DNA of 64,000 nucleotides from a virus (taxonomy: Duplodnaviria; Heunggongvirae; Uroviricota; Caudoviricetes), in IMG/VR virus record IMGVR_UViG_3300008108_000006. The stretch is one strand, 5' to 3'. Positions within the stretch are counted from its first letter, which is position 1, and every line of letters starts with the position of its first letter. Made by a program: the position numbers and the translations under genes. The notes beneath the pieces are model-generated. The model was not told the origin of the DNA. It was given only the letters and a program-made list of their open reading frames with translations, and did not search any database. Shown here piece after piece: positions 58,764 through 64,000 of the stretch.

Positions 58764-59438
58764 ATGAAACTACTTGAGAGAAAAATACATTTACTAGAAT
58801 CTTTATTGGATGGTAAGAATATTTTTGAAGCCAATTATAAAGCACAAAAATTAGATTATAACTTAAATTCATTATCAGATTTTATCGGTAAAGATACTAT
58901 GGATGTTCATTATAATGGACATTATAAAACTTACCTTAAAAAATTAAATGAACTTCTACCGGATGAAAAAATGATCCCAATAGAAGATTTAATTAAAAAA
59001 ATATCAAGGTATAACAAGAAAATTAGGAATAATGCTGGTGGTGTATATAACCACCAACTATTTTGGAAAATGTTATCACCAAACAAAACAAAACCATCTA
59101 AAGAACTATTAGAAAAAATTAACAAAGATTTTGGTTCTTATGATGAGTTCAAACAAAAGTTTGAAAAAGTGGCATTAGACAGGTTTGGTTCAGGATGGGT
59201 TTGGTTAATTATGGGTAAAAGTGGTAGGTTACGTGTCGTATCTACACCCAATCAGGACAACCCCGAGATGAATATTATTAGAAATGGAGGAAAAATTTTA
59301 TTGGGGCTTGACATTTGGGAACATGCGTATTATCTTAGCTACCGAAATGAGAGAGACCGATATATCAAAAACTTTTGGAAAGTGGTAAATTGGGATTTCG
59401 TAAGTTCAGAATATCAGAAACTTAAACCAACTAAATAA
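58764..59438 (+). CDS. sod: Fe/Mn superoxide dismutase
   Basis: HYNGHY, NAGGVYNHQLFW, FGSGWVWL, STPNQD and DIWEHAYY carry the metal-ligand motifs. Confidence 0.93.
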   Translation: MKLLERKIHLLESLLDGKNIFEANYKAQKLDYNLNSLSDFIGKDTMDVHYNGHYKTYLKKLNELLPDEKMIPIEDLIKKISRYNKKIRNNAGGVYNHQLFWKMLSPNKTKPSKELLEKINKDFGSYDEFKQKFEKVALDRFGSGWVWLIMGKSGRLRVVSTPNQDNPEMNIIRNGGKILLGLDIWEHAYYLSYRNERDRYIKNFWKVVNWDFVSSEYQKLKPTK

Positions 59439-60253
59439 TGAAAAACTCATTTGTTCTCAACGAAGAAAAAGTAACAAAATGTTCCTATTCCGAAGTTAGT
59501 AAGTACAAAGATTTGTTTAACCGTAATCCTAAAGTAAAGTGGATTTATCGTGAAGCAATTGACAAAGCACTCGAAGTGGTGTTTAAAGATTTATGGCAAA
59601 CTCACCCAAAAGGTTCCGAAACTGTTTCAGGAGTTTTTAATTTAGAAGGACCCGGTAGATCGGTTTTGAATAAGTTAAATACCAATTATAGTGCATTCGC
59701 CATATTAGTTAGAGATATCAATAAGGTATTAAAATCAAGAGGTATCCAACTTTTGAATTTTAATGGAACACAAGACGACCAACTTTTTGAAGCAAGAAAA
59801 ATGGCTAAGGTGATTGACACATTCAAAGAACGAATATTCAACACCGAATCATCCACATTTAATAGTATTATGGCAACACTTAATCGCACACATAAATTAG
59901 GTGAGAATAGAGAAGATAGTGTTGTTAATTTTTTGAAAAGGATCTATGGTGACGATAATGTTTCAAAGATTGGTGGGTTAAATAGTTCTGAAGATATGAC
60001 ATCGGGTGTTGATGTTTTAATTAAAACTGAGGGTAATACTAAAACCGCTCAAGTTAAACCTTTCTACAAAACATTAAATGATGGTGTGACTATTAGGTTC
60101 GCAGATACTGGTAACGTTAAAAAATACGAGACAGATTACCTGATTTTTGACGGTACTAAAGAAATCTACATTATGAATAACAATCAAACCGTTATTGTTG
60201 AAGGTGAATATTCTTTTCCGAGTGAGTCAGTAATTCATATATTATCAAAGTAA
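59438..60253 (+). CDS. Hypothetical protein with a C-terminal PD-(D/E)XK nuclease-like motif
   Basis: GENREDSV (helix Glu) ... GVDVLI ... TAQVKP follows the E..D..QxK restriction-endonuclease-like pattern. Confidence 0.45.
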   Translation: MKNSFVLNEEKVTKCSYSEVSKYKDLFNRNPKVKWIYREAIDKALEVVFKDLWQTHPKGSETVSGVFNLEGPGRSVLNKLNTNYSAFAILVRDINKVLKSRGIQLLNFNGTQDDQLFEARKMAKVIDTFKERIFNTESSTFNSIMATLNRTHKLGENREDSVVNFLKRIYGDDNVSKIGGLNSSEDMTSGVDVLIKTEGNTKTAQVKPFYKTLNDGVTIRFADTGNVKKYETDYLIFDGTKEIYIMNNNQTVIVEGEYSFPSESVIHILSK

Positions 60254-60277
60254 TTGATATTTATATGAAAAAAGACT

Positions 60278-61390
60278 ATGGCAATTATCCCTGAACCAGA
60301 AAGAAGTCAATTATACAAAAGAATTAAAAATCTTTTAGGTGCCCCAATCCGATCAGTAGAGATTGAGGATGAAATGATGGATTCACTTATGGAATTATCC
60401 ATTGGTGATTATAGCCAATACGTGTTAGATTGGTTGATAGAATCTCAATGGACATCTCTTTATGGATTGAATTTAGATGAGAAATCCGTTGCAAACGCAC
60501 TTGTTAGAAGAACTTTAGATTGGGAAACACAATATACCTATGCATATTCAAAAATTGTAGGATTACAAACAAATGGTCCTTGGGTGTTAAAACAAGATTA
60601 TTTTGATTTAATGCCAAACCAACAACTTTATGAGATTCCCGCAGGAAGAGAAATAAACGAATTAATGTGGTTTACAAGACCTGCATTAAATAACACATTG
60701 TTTGATCCTTGGTCTATGGGTTTCTTGGGTGGTCCCGGTATTGGTGGTCCTGCGGGATTTTCACAGATGGGGTTCCAAGGAGGTTATTTTATGATGTCAG
60801 CATATGATATGGTGGCACGTATGCAAGATATTAACCTTAAATCAAGAATTTTAGGTTCGGATCTTACATATAAAATCACCGCACTTCCCGACGGAAAAAG
60901 AATGGTTCACCTTTTGAATGTTCCCGGTGGTAAATTTAATTTTGGTAATATTGGATATAATCAATATAGAGTATTCTATTGGTATTACGATACCACAGAC
61001 GATAACAGAAACGATTGTTTAGCCGCTAATCCCGATATTGTTAAGTTACCTTCAGATGTTCCATTGGATAACCTATCCTGGGTAGATCTTAACGCACCCG
61101 CCCAACAATGGGTTCGTCGTTGGTTTACGGCTTACGTTAAAGAAACTTTATCAAGAGTTAGAGGGAAGTATTCGGGTAACTTAAAAACACCTGATTCCGA
61201 ACTTCAAATGGAATATACAACACTTCAAACCGAAGCTAAAGACGAAAAATCTACACTTTTAGAAGAACTTAAATTACGTTTAGAAAGACTACGTCCTGAA
61301 AAACAAATGGAAAAAGAAGCATCAATTGCTGAAAACCTAAATAAACAACTTAAATTCAGAGCGTTTAAAGTCCCAATTCAAGCAATCTAA
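60278..61390 (+). CDS. Neck / head-tail connector protein (gp13-like)
   Basis: IKNLLGAPIRSVEIEDEM start and WVRRWFTAYVKETLSRVRGKYSG resemble gp13-type neck proteins; TATTTAT upstream. Confidence 0.7.
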   Translation: MAIIPEPERSQLYKRIKNLLGAPIRSVEIEDEMMDSLMELSIGDYSQYVLDWLIESQWTSLYGLNLDEKSVANALVRRTLDWETQYTYAYSKIVGLQTNGPWVLKQDYFDLMPNQQLYEIPAGREINELMWFTRPALNNTLFDPWSMGFLGGPGIGGPAGFSQMGFQGGYFMMSAYDMVARMQDINLKSRILGSDLTYKITALPDGKRMVHLLNVPGGKFNFGNIGYNQYRVFYWYYDTTDDNRNDCLAANPDIVKLPSDVPLDNLSWVDLNAPAQQWVRRWFTAYVKETLSRVRGKYSGNLKTPDSELQMEYTTLQTEAKDEKSTLLEELKLRLERLRPEKQMEKEASIAENLNKQLKFRAFKVPIQAI

Positions 61391-61391
61391 T

Positions 61392-61706
61392 ATGCAAGTT
61401 AAAAGAACTATCGTAAGAACAAGTTTACCTGATCAACGTAGAACGTTGGTTACGGATTTAGAAGTATTCACAACAAATGGTGAAACCTTAGTCATCGCTA
61501 AGAATAATTGTAAAATCAAACTAAATTCACAATTAGGTGATTCCATAATTATTAAAGTATTAAATGGTGCCTTAATTATTCCTGATTTTGGTCGAATTGA
61601 CGAAGAATGGGATGAAATCGTTTTGGAAAAAGGTGCTTGTGTTGATTTTAGGTTCGTTGAAGGAAATTGGTACATTCTTTCTTCAGATGGATTGAAAACA
61701 GTTTAA
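61392..61706 (+). CDS. Hypothetical protein
   Basis: 104 aa beta-rich ORF starting 1 nt after the neck gene stop; convergent with the polymerase. Confidence 0.6.
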   Translation: MQVKRTIVRTSLPDQRRTLVTDLEVFTTNGETLVIAKNNCKIKLNSQLGDSIIIKVLNGALIIPDFGRIDEEWDEIVLEKGACVDFRFVEGNWYILSSDGLKTV

Positions 61707-64000
61707 ATAAACTGTTCCCAATCTTCTGATGCGTTTTCATACATATAGTATGGATCCAATCCCCTCTTTTCCCAATATTTGAATTCATCCTGAGAGATGG
61801 TCAATACTTCCTCTAAGGAATCTTGGTCACCATCTTCTAATGGAAGACCGTTTACCAACTCACATTGTGTTGCGGTAAATAATCCTCTCTTTTCAGGTTC
61901 AGATACCAAAAGTTCGTTTCTTACTTCCTCACCAAAAACAACCATTAAAGGTTCCAAACGTTTGTTAAACGTCACAATCGCTCTCGGAACATTATAGTCA
62001 CCCAACAAGTTAGGATTGTTCTCAATATCAGCAGGGTCCAAACGATAACAGTTAATCTTAACCGTGGGATCAAAATATTGACCAGGATTGTTCACCTTAC
62101 CATAATCATTCATTTGATCTTCCATCTCCTTTTTAGCCTTGGCACTTGTTACTTTTTGAACATCCCCGTGAGACGCTTTGGTACCATTATTCACATAATA
62201 AATCACATCACCAAGATTAACAGAAATACCATCTTTCATAGCGAGTTCCATATGAGCCATTCTACTCATAGAGTTACCTGCTTTGGTGGTTGATGAACAT
62301 CTGATTTTGTAATCTTCCATACTTAGTTTCACCTTGGCTCTCTGAGCAATCTTAACAAGGGGAATTTGTTTGTTATAGATCTTATCAAGATACTCATAAT
62401 AATACTCAACAAATTCTTTACCCTCACCTTTAAGTAACATCTTAATACCTTTGTCCAAGAACTCTTCAATATATACCGGTAGTTTCTTTGATTTAATCGT
62501 ATTACCAACAAGTTTGATTTTACCTTTATCTGTGATAAGAGCATAGTTCTTTCTTGCGATGTTAATACACGAAGGCCAAACACCATCAGTATCCAACGCC
62601 ATCTCACCCCTCATAAATAAGTCATTGTATTCGGCAACATCTGCTTCAGCACCTGTGTATTCCTTACCCTCTTTTACCTTCCAATTGTTACCCTTACCAA
62701 TATATTTACGATCCTCAACATCATCGGGTGATGAAAAGTTTACACCATCGGTATCCATCACCAAGGGTTTATAACCTTTCTTCATAAAGAATTTAATCAT
62801 CTGTCTTAAATACTGACGACCTGTACAAGTGATCTGTTCCCCCATATACATATCACCCCAATGATATACTTGTGGTGCAGATAACGCCCCAAACATAGAA
62901 TTGATGAAGATCTTAATCGGAAGTTGTTTTCGGTCATAAGATAATGACTTTTTAGGATCCGACTTACTGAAGTCCTCGGCAAGTTGTTTGTATTTGATAC
63001 GAGTATCTCGGAAGTATTTTAACATCCCCTTCATCGCACCTGTAATATCACACTTAGGGAATACATCGTGAACCAACTGAATTGATGGATAAAGTGACGA
63101 AAAGTCAAGTTTCAATACATTCTTAGAATATCCCACAGTAATTAGTCGTGAAAGACCACCAACAAAATCAGTTTTACCTTGTTTCTCGGGAACTGCAAGA
63201 TTGTATTTGTATGACCACGCCAACATAATCATCTTCCATAATGTGGCGGTTCCCATTGTTGAAACCCTCTCATATGTTGTCGGTACCTGTGATGCCAACA
63301 AAAATGATCCTTGTGAAAATTCTTCATCCACTTTTAAGGTTTCTTCCAAGTCATCGTCAAGATACATCTCAACCAACTCTCTACCACTAATCTTCTTATA
63401 TACACCGGGGAACCTAACATCCAAGTCGTTGAATTGTGGATTATCGGCTTTCTTGTATTTACCGTTAGTTACATTTAACCAAAAATCTTCATTATCCCGA
63501 TAAAAAGGTCCGATGTCCAAGTGATCAATATATACACGATCAGGTGCCTCGGCTTCAATATATTGTGTAATATACTTAAGACCCGCACTTTTGATACTCG
63601 AGTTAATCGCTTGTGCTCTACGAACCGAATGGATAATATCAATCACATTATATCCCCACATTCCAACTTGGTTATACTTCTCAACTTCGTTGGCTAGTTT
63701 TAATAAGGATTCGTTTTGTTTAATTCTAACCTCGGGGTTTAATGTTTGGGCAATTTTCTTAATATCCAAACCAAGAATCCTTGTTCTTTCAAATATCCAA
63801 TACCAGTCAAAGTTCGCCGAATTATAACCACCGATAATACTTGGTCTTAGTTCGTTAATCACTCGGAAAAATTCAATAATTCCCGCACGTTCTTCATCAT
63901 CATTCGTACATTCAATAACACGACAATATCCTTTATTGGTTTTCATACCAATCATAAAAATACGACCATCCTTTGGTTCCAAAGAGGTCGTCTCCAAGTC
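61703..64000 (-). CDS. Family B DNA polymerase (5' end outside the window)
   Basis: Exo I DLETT at the window edge, Exo II YNSANFD, motif A KLDFSSLYPS, motif B KIFINSMFG and motif C MDTDG. Confidence 0.95.
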   Translation of the reverse strand, partial: DLETTSLEPKDGRIFMIGMKTNKGYCRVIECTNDDEERAGIIEFFRVINELRPSIIGGYNSANFDWYWIFERTRILGLDIKKIAQTLNPEVRIKQNESLLKLANEVEKYNQVGMWGYNVIDIIHSVRRAQAINSSIKSAGLKYITQYIEAEAPDRVYIDHLDIGPFYRDNEDFWLNVTNGKYKKADNPQFNDLDVRFPGVYKKISGRELVEMYLDDDLEETLKVDEEFSQGSFLLASQVPTTYERVSTMGTATLWKMIMLAWSYKYNLAVPEKQGKTDFVGGLSRLITVGYSKNVLKLDFSSLYPSIQLVHDVFPKCDITGAMKGMLKYFRDTRIKYKQLAEDFSKSDPKKSLSYDRKQLPIKIFINSMFGALSAPQVYHWGDMYMGEQITCTGRQYLRQMIKFFMKKGYKPLVMDTDGVNFSSPDDVEDRKYIGKGNNWKVKEGKEYTGAEADVAEYNDLFMRGEMALDTDGVWPSCINIARKNYALITDKGKIKLVGNTIKSKKLPVYIEEFLDKGIKMLLKGEGKEFVEYYYEYLDKIYNKQIPLVKIAQRAKVKLSMEDYKIRCSSTTKAGNSMSRMAHMELAMKDGISVNLGDVIYYVNNGTKASHGDVQKVTSAKAKKEMEDQMNDYGKVNNPGQYFDPTVKINCYRLDPADIENNPNLLGDYNVPRAIVTFNKRLEPLMVVFGEEVRNELLVSEPEKRGLFTATQCELVNGLPLEDGDQDSLEEVLTISQDEFKYWEKRGLDPYYMYENASEDWEQFI

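Noticed and set aside
1-64000. tRNA or rRNA genes
   Set aside because: Intergenic gaps are short and AT-rich and no cloverleaf was recognised by eye; tRNAscan-SE was not run.

Overview
AT-rich, gene-dense 64 kb segment of a large (jumbo-like) contractile-tailed dsDNA phage, read with the standard genetic code. The host is most likely Bacteroidota, inferred from TTTG-N20-TAnnTTTG promoters, SprB-like repeats and a near absence of Shine-Dalgarno sites. Positions 1-55.2 kb lie almost entirely on the minus strand and contain: a probable primase start and a RuvC-like resolvase; putative tail fibre/adhesin and baseplate genes; a replication block (class II RNR, DnaB-like helicase, 5'-3' exonuclease, RecA/UvsX, gp32-like SSB); and the tail module (hub proteins, tape measure, chaperone with a probable +1 frameshift, tube, sheath, tail completion and neck genes). 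A plus-strand island at 55.2-61.7 kb holds a SNF2 helicase, five tandem paralogous small genes, an Fe/Mn SOD, a PD-(D/E)XK-like protein and a neck protein. A family B DNA polymerase runs off the right edge. The standout is the five-gene array at 57.0-58.76 kb. Each gene ends in an in-frame 36-nt palindromic repeat resembling a type VI-B (Cas13b) CRISPR direct repeat. Copies 2-5 then carry a unique spacer-like segment (30 nt in copies 3-5, 36 nt in copy 2) and a degenerate second repeat fused to the next gene's TATTTAT motif. No cas genes are visible in the window. All family assignments come from reading motifs by eye, not from database searches.
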